NCBI GenBank assembly: GCA_038231455.1
Contig: JBBRLI010000004.1
Location: 96,001-160,000 of the forward strand
Length of the DNA stretch: 64,000 nucleotides
Reading direction: 5' to 3'
Source of the DNA: Vulcanimicrobiales bacterium
Lineage (GTDB): Bacteria; Vulcanimicrobiota; Vulcanimicrobiia; Vulcanimicrobiales; Vulcanimicrobiaceae
The position numbers and the translations under genes are program-made. A model generated the notes under the pieces. The model did not search any database and had not been told where the DNA came from. It was given only the letters and a program-made list of their open reading frames with translations. The number at the start of each line of letters is the position of its first letter. Within the stretch, counting starts at the first letter, position 1. Of this stretch, positions 10,719-18,931 are shown one piece after another.

Positions 10719-10763
10719 CGGCCGACGATTCCCCCGGGACCTCCGGTGTCCTCGGTCCATCGC

Positions 10764-10792
10764 TTGACATCGAACATACGTTCGATTATGGT
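10764..10792 (+). promoter_or_regulatory. Sigma70-type promoter with LexA (SOS) box for imuA
   Basis: TTGACA(10764)-17 bp-TATGGT(10787); TCGAAC-ATAC-GTTCGA at 10770-10785 lies in the spacer. Confidence 0.9.
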
Positions 10793-10801
10793 GGGTGTCC
10801 C

Positions 10802-11575
10802 ATGGCCGTCAATCCGGCGTTCGCCGCCCTGCGCGAAGCCTTCGACACCCGTCATCGCGAGACGAGTGCGGCCGCCTTTGTCCTGGGCGAAGATGCCATC
10901 GTGAAGACCGGATTTGCGGATTTGGACCGGGTGCTGGGCGGCGGATTTCCACGTGGGGTCATCTCCACGCTCGAAGGGTCGCCGAGCGGCGGCCGCACGG
11001 CGATCGCCGCTCGTCTGCTCGCGACGGCGACCACCCGCAGCCTGGGCGCGATCATCGGCGATGAACTCTATCCGCCCTCGCTTGCGGCCGCCGGGGTCAA
11101 TCTCGAGCGCCTGATGATCGTGCCGGTGAGCGAGCCGATCCAGATCGCCCGCGCTGCGGATATCGTGGTGCGTTCGGGTGCGTTCACGGTCGTCATCATC
11201 CCGACGCTCCCCAGCGGCCGCGGCACAGGCGCCGCCACCTGGACGCGCCTGGCCAGTCTCGCTCACCGCAGCAATACGCTGCTCGTGGCGCTTGGGGTTG
11301 AAGCCTCAAGCGAACTGCGCTACTTCGCCTCGGTGCGGTTGGAACTGGCGATCGAGCGCGTACGCTGGAACGGCCCCTCAGGTCCCTATGGGGAGCTCGC
11401 CGGTTACGACATCCGCGCGCTCGTCAAAAAGCACAAGCGCGCAGCACCCGGCGCAAACGCGCTCGTCTCATGCGGGACTTTCGAGGACCGCCCGATCTTC
11501 ACCGAAACGCGCGAACGCGCGATCGCCGAAGACCACCAGCCGCACTACGCGCGCCCGCGCATTCGCTCCGCGTAG
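10802..11575 (+). CDS. imuA: ImuA-like RecA-fold translesion synthesis accessory protein
   Basis: KTGFADLDRVLGGGFPRG, degenerate Walker A (GSPSGGRT), LYPPSLAAAGVNLERL; SOS box upstream. Confidence 0.85.
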   Translation: MAVNPAFAALREAFDTRHRETSAAAFVLGEDAIVKTGFADLDRVLGGGFPRGVISTLEGSPSGGRTAIAARLLATATTRSLGAIIGDELYPPSLAAAGVNLERLMIVPVSEPIQIARAADIVVRSGAFTVVIIPTLPSGRGTGAATWTRLASLAHRSNTLLVALGVEASSELRYFASVRLELAIERVRWNGPSGPYGELAGYDIRALVKKHKRAAPGANALVSCGTFEDRPIFTETRERAIAEDHQPHYARPRIRSA

Positions 11576-11577
11576 CT

Positions 11578-11832
11578 TTAGGGCGCGAGAATCTCCTCGA
11601 GCGTTGCACGGCGGTCGACGACAACGGTCGAGGCCGGTCGATCGACCCAAGCGCGCGTGACCGTCACCGCGCGCTTGGGACACACGTCGAGACAATCGCA
11701 CGCAACGACGCGGACGTCTTTACGCCCGTCTTTCTTGAGCGCGGCCTTCAAGTCGCGACGCAATCGCTTGCCGCCATCGCACGATTCACAAACGAAGAGC
11801 AGATCGCGATTTTTTACGGATTGCACGGACAT
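11578..11832 (-). CDS. Small CxxC...CxxxC protein (thioredoxin-like [2Fe-2S] ferredoxin/DUF1636-like)
   Basis: LFVCESC...VVACDCLDVCP. Confidence 0.6.
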   Translation of the reverse strand: MSVQSVKNRDLLFVCESCDGGKRLRRDLKAALKKDGRKDVRVVACDCLDVCPKRAVTVTRAWVDRPASTVVVDRRATLEEILAP

Positions 11833-11899
11833 CTGGCATCCGTACCATCGCATCAGCATCCGCAAACAAAAAATAGCCGCGAGCGGCTTGGAAACCGAT

Positions 11900-12121
11900 C
11901 TACGAGGTTACGGTAATCGTAACGAGTTCGTGGATCGAAGGTTTAGGAACCGGCAAGCCCTCAGCACGCAATGTATCGAGGTAATCGGTAATTGCACCCG
12001 GAGCGTCGTCTAACAATGCTTCACGAGTATCGCCAATCAAAAGAAGACCGGGCAAATCAGGTGCGAGTGCAGCCCAGCCATCACCACGTTCATTCTTCTC
12101 GATGAGAATCGTATACGTCAT
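11900..12121 (-). CDS. hicB: HicB family antitoxin (short form)
   Basis: YTILIE...WAALAPDLPGLLLIGDTREALL...GLPVPKP; ATGA overlap with hicA. Confidence 0.85.
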   Translation of the reverse strand: MTYTILIEKNERGDGWAALAPDLPGLLLIGDTREALLDDAPGAITDYLDTLRAEGLPVPKPSIHELVTITVTS

Positions 12122-12321
12122 CGCGGTCTCCATTTTCCCTCGATTTGTTTCAAGATTACTCTCCGTATTCCCCGCGGTAGATCGCGGTTTCCATGAACCG
12201 GAATTGAAAGCAGATACGGATACTCAGGGTGCTTAAAAATCCAATGACTCGCTTTCGATCCAATTCGCAAGAATTGCCAACCGCAACTATCGGCATAAGC
12301 GATAAGAGCACGAGCATTCAT
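12118..12321 (-). CDS. hicA: HicA family mRNA interferase toxin
   Basis: GWQFLRIGSKASHWIFKHP...IPVHGNRDLPRGIRRVILKQ. Confidence 0.85.
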   Translation of the reverse strand: MNARALIAYADSCGWQFLRIGSKASHWIFKHPEYPYLLSIPVHGNRDLPRGIRRVILKQIEGKWRPR

Positions 12322-12386
12322 TGTTGCAACGTCGTTCTGAAAAGCACGAACGAACCGTAGCTTTGCCTTGTTACCTCGCCATTTCC

Positions 12387-12420
12387 AAAAGAAAAACGCG
12401 CCGTCCCCAAGGGCGGCGCG
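12387..12420 (-). terminator. Rho-independent terminator
   Basis: CGCGCCGCCC/GGACGGCGCG hairpin followed by TTTTTCTTTT on the minus strand. Confidence 0.8.
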
Positions 12421-12441
12421 CTTGCTTATGACTGCTGGATT

Positions 12442-12759
12442 TTAGAGGCCGGGCTGGTCGGCGCGGTTGTGTTTGGTGAAGTAGACGCCGTTTGAGGTGC
12501 GGTTGAGCTCGCGATTGAGTTTTGCGCGCTGCGCCGGTGAGAGATTCTTATTGTCGATCGAATGGTCGCGCTGACGGCGGATGCTGTTGAGACGGCGTTC
12601 GTCGACGGTGTATTCGTGGCGCGTGAGCTGACCCGACTGCACGCCTTGATTGATGCGGTCTTGTTGGTTCTCGATGCGGTTATGGAGTTCGCCGGCGTTC
12701 GCGGCGAGCGGCAGTGCGATGAGGGCGGCGACGAGGGCGGTTGAAAAAAGTTTGATCAT
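12442..12759 (-). CDS. Small secreted hypothetical protein
   Basis: Signal peptide ending ANA; NQQDRINQGVQSGQLTRHE helical motif; GGAG SD. Confidence 0.8.
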   Translation of the reverse strand: MIKLFSTALVAALIALPLAANAGELHNRIENQQDRINQGVQSGQLTRHEYTVDERRLNSIRRQRDHSIDNKNLSPAQRAKLNRELNRTSNGVYFTKHNRADQPGL

Positions 12760-13136
12760 TGCAGAAACTCCGTGAGTGCTTGCCCAGTACATGTGAGCGA
12801 GTGATGGATTGAACCCGCTGTACGCGGATTCAATCCGCTAGATGACTCGACAACGACCGCGATCTGCATCGCATTACCGAAGCCGGACACATCTCACCCA
12901 AGCCTAAGCACGCTCTTGCCGCGCGTTCATTTTCCATGTCCGAACCGAGCAAACGGCAAGCTTTCTTAGCTCACGGAACACCAACCGACTTCTCACCCGT
13001 CTCTAAAGCGAAACATTTCCAACTGTGCTACTATATCTTTAGTTGCAAGCCCGATCGGCCCGATTGAGGCCACTGGAAAGGACAACCATGAGACTCGCAA
13101 CCACCCGCCCCGAACCGCCGCGCGAGAATCGCGTAC

Positions 13137-14330
13137 TTACGAACCGGCCCGTAGCGAACGTGCCCTTTGGGGGCTGGGGTCCGCGTCTGGGGTAGCCGCA
13201 AAGCGTGCGAGCACCAGTGCCGCGCACGCGATGAAACCGAACGCCGTCGCACAGACGCCCGTCCAGTTCCACCACTGCCAGGCAACGGCGCCCACGAACG
13301 ACCCCACCGCCCCACCCGAAAACGTCACGAACATATACGTTGTATTGAGTCGGCTCCGAGCCGAATCGTCGAGCGCGAAAATGCGCGACTGATTCGAGAT
13401 CTGATTCGACTGCATCCCGATCGCAAACACGATCGCGCCGATGATGAAGAACGCAACGACGTTCGCGCCGCTCCAGTAGATCGTCCAGGCGATCCCGAGC
13501 ATGACCAGTGCGAACGCACCCGTGACCACATTCCCGTACTTATCGGCAAACGTGCCGACGTTGACGGCAATGAATGCACCGATCATTGCGGTGAGTCCGA
13601 GGGATCCGACGAACGCCGGGCCGAGGCCCATCGATGCGAGATGAAACGGAACCGTCGTCCAAAACGCACTGAACGTGGCAAATGCGCAGAAGCCAAGCGC
13701 GCAGGAAACGCGGAGTGCGCGATGTTCGCGTAAGAGCGGCGCAAGCGATGCCAGCAATTGCCCGTACTTGAGTTTATTGTGACCGCGGTGAACCGGAAGC
13801 GCGCGCCACATGGCAATCGCAGCGAGGGCACTCGCACCGCTGCCGAACCAAAACACCGGACGCCAACCAAAATGTCCGCCGATGAATCCACCGACTACGC
13901 GCGCGAAGATAATGCCCATGATCACGCCCGTCTGCACCTGCGCGATCACGCGACCGCGTTTGTCGTCGCTTGCAAGATCGGCCGCAAACGGAATGAGGAT
14001 TTGCGCGGTAATCGAGGTGATACCGGCGATAAATCCCGCTATTGCAAGCACGAAAAGATTCGGTGCAAGCGCGCAGCCCGCAAGCGCGATGACGGAGACG
14101 GACGCAAGCGCAACGCAGAGCGTGCGCCGCTCGGCAATATCGCCGAACGGAACGAAAAACAAAATCCCCAGCGCATAACCCACTTGAATGGCGACGGCGA
14201 CGAGACCGACGTCTTTGGGTGATGCGCCGAAGGTGTGCGCGATTTCCGCGAGGACCGGCTGCGCGTAATAGATGTTCGCAACCGCGACCCCGGATGCAAT
14301 CGCCTTGACGAGGACGGTTTGTGGGGTCAT
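13137..14330 (-). CDS. MFS transporter (YnfM-like)
   Basis: VANIYYAQP, PFGDIAERR, RSRLNTTYM; about 12 TM segments. Confidence 0.9.
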   Translation of the reverse strand: MTPQTVLVKAIASGVAVANIYYAQPVLAEIAHTFGASPKDVGLVAVAIQVGYALGILFFVPFGDIAERRTLCVALASVSVIALAGCALAPNLFVLAIAGFIAGITSITAQILIPFAADLASDDKRGRVIAQVQTGVIMGIIFARVVGGFIGGHFGWRPVFWFGSGASALAAIAMWRALPVHRGHNKLKYGQLLASLAPLLREHRALRVSCALGFCAFATFSAFWTTVPFHLASMGLGPAFVGSLGLTAMIGAFIAVNVGTFADKYGNVVTGAFALVMLGIAWTIYWSGANVVAFFIIGAIVFAIGMQSNQISNQSRIFALDDSARSRLNTTYMFVTFSGGAVGSFVGAVAWQWWNWTGVCATAFGFIACAALVLARFAATPDADPSPQRARSLRAGS

Positions 14331-14354
14331 TGGCTGCGGTTTTAAACGCGCGCT

Positions 14355-14813
14355 TTAGAACATCCGGTTATAGACGAAAAAGACCTCATCGCGGACGTAG
14401 CCCGCGCGCTCGTACAGCCGCTGCGCGACGTGATTGTTGACCGCGGTACTCAAGGTCAGTCCGACCGCATCGTCCTCGCGTGCGAACCGCTCCGCTGCCG
14501 CCATCAGCGCCGCGCCGACGCCTTCGGTGCGCACGTAGGGATCGACGAAGAGATCGTTGAGAATCCATATCCGCTGCACCTGCGCGCTATCGAACGACGG
14601 ATAGAGCTGCACGAAGCCGATCGCCGCGTTATTGCCGTCCCGGGCAAGAAAAATAACCGACTCGTCACGAGCCAGCCGTTCGGTGATGAAGTTGTGCGAG
14701 GCTTGCAGATTGCTCGCAGCCTTATAGAAGACGCGATACGCATCAAAGAGCGGGGCGATCGCATCGACCTCATGCTGGGCGGCGCGGGCGATCGTCATCG
14801 GGGCAAGCGGCAA
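14355..14813 (-). CDS. GNAT family N-acetyltransferase
   Basis: GFVQLYP, LNDLFVDP..R.EGVGAALM, AQRLYERAGY. Confidence 0.9.
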   Translation of the reverse strand: MPLAPMTIARAAQHEVDAIAPLFDAYRVFYKAASNLQASHNFITERLARDESVIFLARDGNNAAIGFVQLYPSFDSAQVQRIWILNDLFVDPYVRTEGVGAALMAAAERFAREDDAVGLTLSTAVNNHVAQRLYERAGYVRDEVFFVYNRMF

Positions 14814-14883
14814 AAAACCATACCGTGTGATTCAACGCACATAGCGCGAGGCTTGTTCGCATCGCGGGACTTCCGGCCCCACA

Positions 14884-14912
14884 TTGACATCGAACATACG
14901 TTCGATTACACT
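14884..14912 (+). promoter_or_regulatory. Sigma70-type promoter with LexA (SOS) box for imuB
   Basis: TTGACA(14884)-17 bp-TACACT(14907); TCGAACATACGTTCGA at 14890-14905. Confidence 0.9.
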
Positions 14913-14921
14913 TCGTCTCCC

Positions 14922-16406
14922 ATGCCGGTTCTTGCGGTCCTCATCCCCGCCTACAAGCTCGCGGTCGCGCGGCGGGATACGGCTGTTGGCGAAGGGCCCG
15001 TGCTCGTCGCCGACAAGCGCGAGCGTGGCCGCGTCGTCGAGTGTTCGGCTGCGGCAGCCGCACTTGGCGCGCGGCGCGGGATGACGCTCGTTCAAGCGCA
15101 AGCCGTCGCCCGCGATGCGCTCACCCTCATCGACGATGCCGCCACCGGCACGGCACTCTGGAGCGAACTGCTCGATGCGCTCGATGCGGCATCACCGCTC
15201 GTCGAAGATGCGGGCGAAGGCTGTGCGTACCTGGAGATGCACGGGATCGAGGGCGGTGCCCCGGGCTGGCTGGCCGCCGTTCGCGAGACGCTCGCCGGGT
15301 TCGATCTCCCCATCCGCTTGGGGCTGGGGTCGAGCAAATTTGTTGCCCGCGCGGCGGCGATGATCGCCGACGGCACGATCGCGCAGGCCGACGCGCGTAC
15401 GCTCCTCGCCCCCCTCCCGCTCGAACTCTTAGAATGCCCGCCGGGCGTGCTCGACCGGCTGCGTCTGCTCGGCGTTACGACGCTCGGCGAACTCGCCGCA
15501 CTTCCGCACGGCCCGTTCGTGCGCCGGTTCGGCACCGAGGGTGCGCGCTGGCATGCCTTGGCGCGCGGCTTCGACGATGCGCCGCTCGTGCCGCGGCCGC
15601 GTGCGATGAAGATCGATCGCGCCCGCTACGGCGAGGGGACGGCCGAATCCGAGGAAGCGGTGCTTTTCGCGCTGCGAGGCCTTGTCGCCGAGGTCGTCGC
15701 CGATCTCGAACTGGCCGGTAAACGCTGCGGCCGCCTCATGCTCACGCTGGAATGTGAAGACGGCGAGACGCACGACGTGACCACCAGCGTCGCCCAGCCC
15801 ACCGCGCAGCCGCACACGCTCTTCGAACTCTTACGTGCGCGGCTCGAAGGGTTGCGCCTGAGCGCGCCGGTCATCGGCGCACGTCTGTCGGCGGGAGCGC
15901 TGGAGAACGGCGGGGTTCCCCTCACGCTCTTTGCCGGCAGCGACCCCGACCCCGAGGCGCTGGGCCTCGTGCTCGCACGCTTGGATGCGGCGCTTGGGGA
16001 GCATCGCGCGCTGCGTGCGCGGGTGATTGCGGGGACGCGGCCCGAGCAGCGCTACGCCATCGAGCCGTTTACGATCGAGACGCTGGTGACGAAAACCTGG
16101 ATGGCGCTGCCGCCGGGCATGAGCGCGCTCCCCCCGCAGGCAACGCTCCAGTACCGGGCCCGCGATCCCGTGCCGATCGCGGTGAGCCTCGACCGTGGTC
16201 GACCGGCTTTCGTCGGCACGCCGCCGCAGGCGGTGCTGGAGTTCGGGGGGCCCTGGCGGGTCGATGAGGCCTGGTGGTCGCGCGCAACCGGCGCCGGCAC
16301 GATCTCGCTCGAGCGCGACGACTACGACGTGCTCCTCGAAGACGGGGCGCTCTACCGGATCGCCTGCTCCGGCGGCGCCTGGACGCTCTGCGGGACGTAT
16401 GACTGA
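14922..16406 (+). CDS. imuB: ImuB, inactive Y-family polymerase homologue
   Basis: GARRGMTLVQAQA, LRLLGVTTLGELAALP and C-terminal GPWRVDEAWW...RDDYDV; catalytic acidic residues absent; ATG 9 nt after the -10. Confidence 0.9.
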   Translation: MPVLAVLIPAYKLAVARRDTAVGEGPVLVADKRERGRVVECSAAAAALGARRGMTLVQAQAVARDALTLIDDAATGTALWSELLDALDAASPLVEDAGEGCAYLEMHGIEGGAPGWLAAVRETLAGFDLPIRLGLGSSKFVARAAAMIADGTIAQADARTLLAPLPLELLECPPGVLDRLRLLGVTTLGELAALPHGPFVRRFGTEGARWHALARGFDDAPLVPRPRAMKIDRARYGEGTAESEEAVLFALRGLVAEVVADLELAGKRCGRLMLTLECEDGETHDVTTSVAQPTAQPHTLFELLRARLEGLRLSAPVIGARLSAGALENGGVPLTLFAGSDPDPEALGLVLARLDAALGEHRALRARVIAGTRPEQRYAIEPFTIETLVTKTWMALPPGMSALPPQATLQYRARDPVPIAVSLDRGRPAFVGTPPQAVLEFGGPWRVDEAWWSRATGAGTISLERDDYDVLLEDGALYRIACSGGAWTLCGTYD

Positions 16407-16584
16407 AAAATTTTCATCCCGGCCGCTAAGGTTGCCCAGCAATGTGCCGATACAAGTAGTGGTTGAGGTAATTCGGTCCACGCTTAGAAGCGGGCCGGGT
16501 TTTCCGTTCTACCAGCCACCGACCACCAGCGTCCCTCACTTATGAGAACGCTCGGTTTCTCATGGACTTGCGTGCACGACACCC

Positions 16585-16725
16585 ATGGCATACGTGACCC
16601 TCGCGAACATCTGTCTCTTCGGTTCAACCGTTATCACGCTAGCGACGATTGCGTCGATCGCGTTCGATCGTGCCCCGACCGTACGCAAACGCCCTCTGCC
16701 CGAACGTTTTTCCCGGTCGCGGTAA
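16585..16725 (+). CDS. Putative small single-TM protein (46 aa)
   Basis: MAYVTLANICLFGSTVITLATIASIAFDRAPTVRKRPLPERFSRSR: hydrophobic helix plus basic tail; below the ORF-track cutoff. Confidence 0.45.
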   Translation: MAYVTLANICLFGSTVITLATIASIAFDRAPTVRKRPLPERFSRSR

Positions 16726-16803
16726 CGCACGCGACCCGCATGAGTCGAAACGCGAAATGCGTTCACCGACTCCGATGAGCGTGCTGGTCACACGCTCGTC
16801 CAC

Positions 16804-16844
16804 AAAACCCGGCGAACGTATTGGTCATACGTTCGCCGGGTTTT
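16804..16844. terminator. Bidirectional Rho-independent terminator
   Basis: Perfect 18-bp inverted repeat AAAACCCGGCGAACGTAT-TGGTC-ATACGTTCGCCGGGTTTT between convergent units. Confidence 0.9.
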
Positions 16845-16855
16845 CTCTTTGTCGC

Positions 16856-17758
16856 TTAGGGATATTTTTCGAACGCGATCTGACCGCCCGGATAATCCAG
16901 CGTCACGATGTAGCGTTCGAGCAGACTCATGCCGATGAGTCCGGCCGCATACGGATCCGACCAGATGCCGGTGTTTGCCGTTGAGAGTTGCGTTGGCACC
17001 GGACCCAGTGCCATCGATCCGAGCGTGAGCGCGAGCGGTCGCGATTCCAGAAAGCGCGTGTCGCCGGGATTATCCGTCGCGGCACTGCCGGTCGTCCGTG
17101 TGTAGAGCGTATGCGAACTCACGAACGGCGAGGTGAGAATCAAGCTGCTCGTGGTGTTCGTATCGAGCATGAACACACCGGCGATACCATCGACAACGCC
17201 TTCAACGGCGGGGACTTGCCCGCGCTTGATCTCCAGCGGCAGGACGCTTCCCGCAAGCGGAACCGTATCGGTTACGGGATCGGAGAACGTGATCGTTGCC
17301 GCGCGCACGTCGATACGCGACCGCAACCGCGCGAAGAGCGGATACCCGATCGCTCCATCGAGCGAGCCGTGCTTCCAATTCGCGACTGCCGTGAGGTTCT
17401 TGAGCTGGACGCCTTCGATATCCATGAGCGGAACGACGGCGATTTTCGGCTGCGGCGTCCCGCTCAAGGCCGACGTTGCCGCTGCGGACGGCGGCGGCGG
17501 CGGCTGATCGACGAGCGGAATCTTTGCCTCCGCGAGCGCTTCGGGCGAGAGTTGGAGACGCGCGTTCGAACTCAGCATCAGAGAGAACGGCCCCGCACCG
17601 TTGATCGTGGCTTGAATCACGATCCGTTTGCGCGAGTAGGTCATCGGAACGACCACGCGCGGGGATGCGAGGACGACCTCACCCGGCGCCGGTGTCGGCG
17701 CAGGCGTCGGCCCAATTCCAAGCTGCAGCGCGGCCGCAGCAACGACGGCGAGGATCAC
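16856..17758 (-). CDS. Secreted double retropepsin-like (aspartyl protease fold) protein with degenerate motifs
   Basis: ATINGAGPFSLMLSSNA, DGAIGYPLF, FMLDTN, AGLIGMSLLERYIVTLDY. Confidence 0.7.
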   Translation of the reverse strand: MILAVVAAAALQLGIGPTPAPTPAPGEVVLASPRVVVPMTYSRKRIVIQATINGAGPFSLMLSSNARLQLSPEALAEAKIPLVDQPPPPPSAAATSALSGTPQPKIAVVPLMDIEGVQLKNLTAVANWKHGSLDGAIGYPLFARLRSRIDVRAATITFSDPVTDTVPLAGSVLPLEIKRGQVPAVEGVVDGIAGVFMLDTNTTSSLILTSPFVSSHTLYTRTTGSAATDNPGDTRFLESRPLALTLGSMALGPVPTQLSTANTGIWSDPYAAGLIGMSLLERYIVTLDYPGGQIAFEKYP

Positions 17759-17875
17759 GACGCGAACGGCCCGGCGTCACTGCGCGCGACTACGATACGC
17801 ATACACCCCTCATTTCGCTCTGCGATACCAACGCCTCGCGCGCGAGTTTCGTTCCGTCGTCCTGGCCGACGCAGT

Positions 17876-18853
17876 CTACGCCAAATACGGTTCGAAGGGC
17901 GCGACCGGGACCAAAATCCGATCGAGGTCGGCGAAAATCTCTGCGTCGAGGCGCAGATCGGCCGCAACGACGTTGTCCTCGACGTGGGCGGTCTTCGTCG
18001 CCCCCACGATGACCGAACTGACGACGTCTTCGCGCAAACACCAGGCAAGGGCAAGCTGTGCAAGCGTGCACTGTGCGCGCTCGGCGATTGGTTTGAGATG
18101 CTGGACGGCCTCGAGGATCGACTCCGTGAAATATTCTTCGAGCGTCCATTTTTGTGCATCGTTTCCGGCGCGCGTGTCGGCGGGCGGGTGTTCGACCGAG
18201 GCATATTTCCCGCTGAGTACGCCCATCGCGAGCGGCGACCAGACCACGTTCCCAAGCCCGTATTCACGACACGTTGGAAACACGCGATCTTCGACGCGAC
18301 GCCACAGGGCGTTATATTGCGGCTGATTGCTCGTCGGCTCGGCCCAGCCACGCGCGCGGCACAGTTGGACGGCGCTTGCGATCTGATCGGCCGTCCACTC
18401 CGAGACGCCCCAATAAAGAATCTTTCCGGCGCGCACGAGATCGTTCATCGCGGCGCACGTTTCGTCGAGCGGTGTATGGCGATCGAACCGGTGGCATTGG
18501 TAGAGATCGATGTAATCAACACCCAGACGTTTGAGCGAGAGATCGCTCTGCTCGCGAATGTGTTTGCGTGAGAGGCCACTTTGATTGGGACCCTCACCCA
18601 TCGGAAAAAACACTTTGGTCGCGAGCACGATCGAATCGCGCGGATAGTCGCGCAGCGCGCGTCCGACGACTTCTTCGGAACGGCCGCGCGCGTACACATT
18701 CGCGGTATCAAAGAAGTTAACGCCGAGTTCGTAGGCGCGTGCGATGCACGCGCGCGCTGTGTCTTCCTCGACGCTGCCGCCATACGTGAGCCACGAACCG
18801 AGACCGACTGTAGAAACCTGGACGCCCGCGCGACCTAACCGACGATACTGCAT
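17876..18853 (-). CDS. Aldo/keto reductase (Kv-beta/Tas-like)
   Basis: GLGSWLTYG, FFDTANVY, SLKRLGVDYIDLYQCH, WSPLAMGVL. Confidence 0.95.
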   Translation of the reverse strand: MQYRRLGRAGVQVSTVGLGSWLTYGGSVEEDTARACIARAYELGVNFFDTANVYARGRSEEVVGRALRDYPRDSIVLATKVFFPMGEGPNQSGLSRKHIREQSDLSLKRLGVDYIDLYQCHRFDRHTPLDETCAAMNDLVRAGKILYWGVSEWTADQIASAVQLCRARGWAEPTSNQPQYNALWRRVEDRVFPTCREYGLGNVVWSPLAMGVLSGKYASVEHPPADTRAGNDAQKWTLEEYFTESILEAVQHLKPIAERAQCTLAQLALAWCLREDVVSSVIVGATKTAHVEDNVVAADLRLDAEIFADLDRILVPVAPFEPYLA

Positions 18854-18931
18854 GACGCGTTCTTACGCGTTACGGACCGAAAACCATTACTTCTTGCTTG
18901 CAGCAAGCACCGGGCAGTATACTGCGTACAC

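Noticed and set aside
12806-12836. GGATTGAA...TTCAATCC hairpin upstream of the secreted protein
   Set aside because: Single copy with no U-tract and no recognisable family, so no function can be assigned.
14430-14921. N-terminal extension of the imuB ORF (658 aa in the track)
   Set aside because: It overlaps the GNAT gene antisense and runs through the SOS promoter; the ATG at 14922 fits the promoter.
16813-16835. CGAAC...CATACGTTCG inside the hairpin resembles the SOS box
   Set aside because: The spacer is 13 nt rather than 4, and it forms the stem of a perfect terminator hairpin between convergent genes.
16988-18571. 527-aa plus-strand ORF, and similar long shadow ORFs (25583-26830, 26951-28114, 30048-31337, 47433-48575, 59125-60501)
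   Set aside because: These are antisense to well-supported genes with no motifs, as expected in high-GC DNA.
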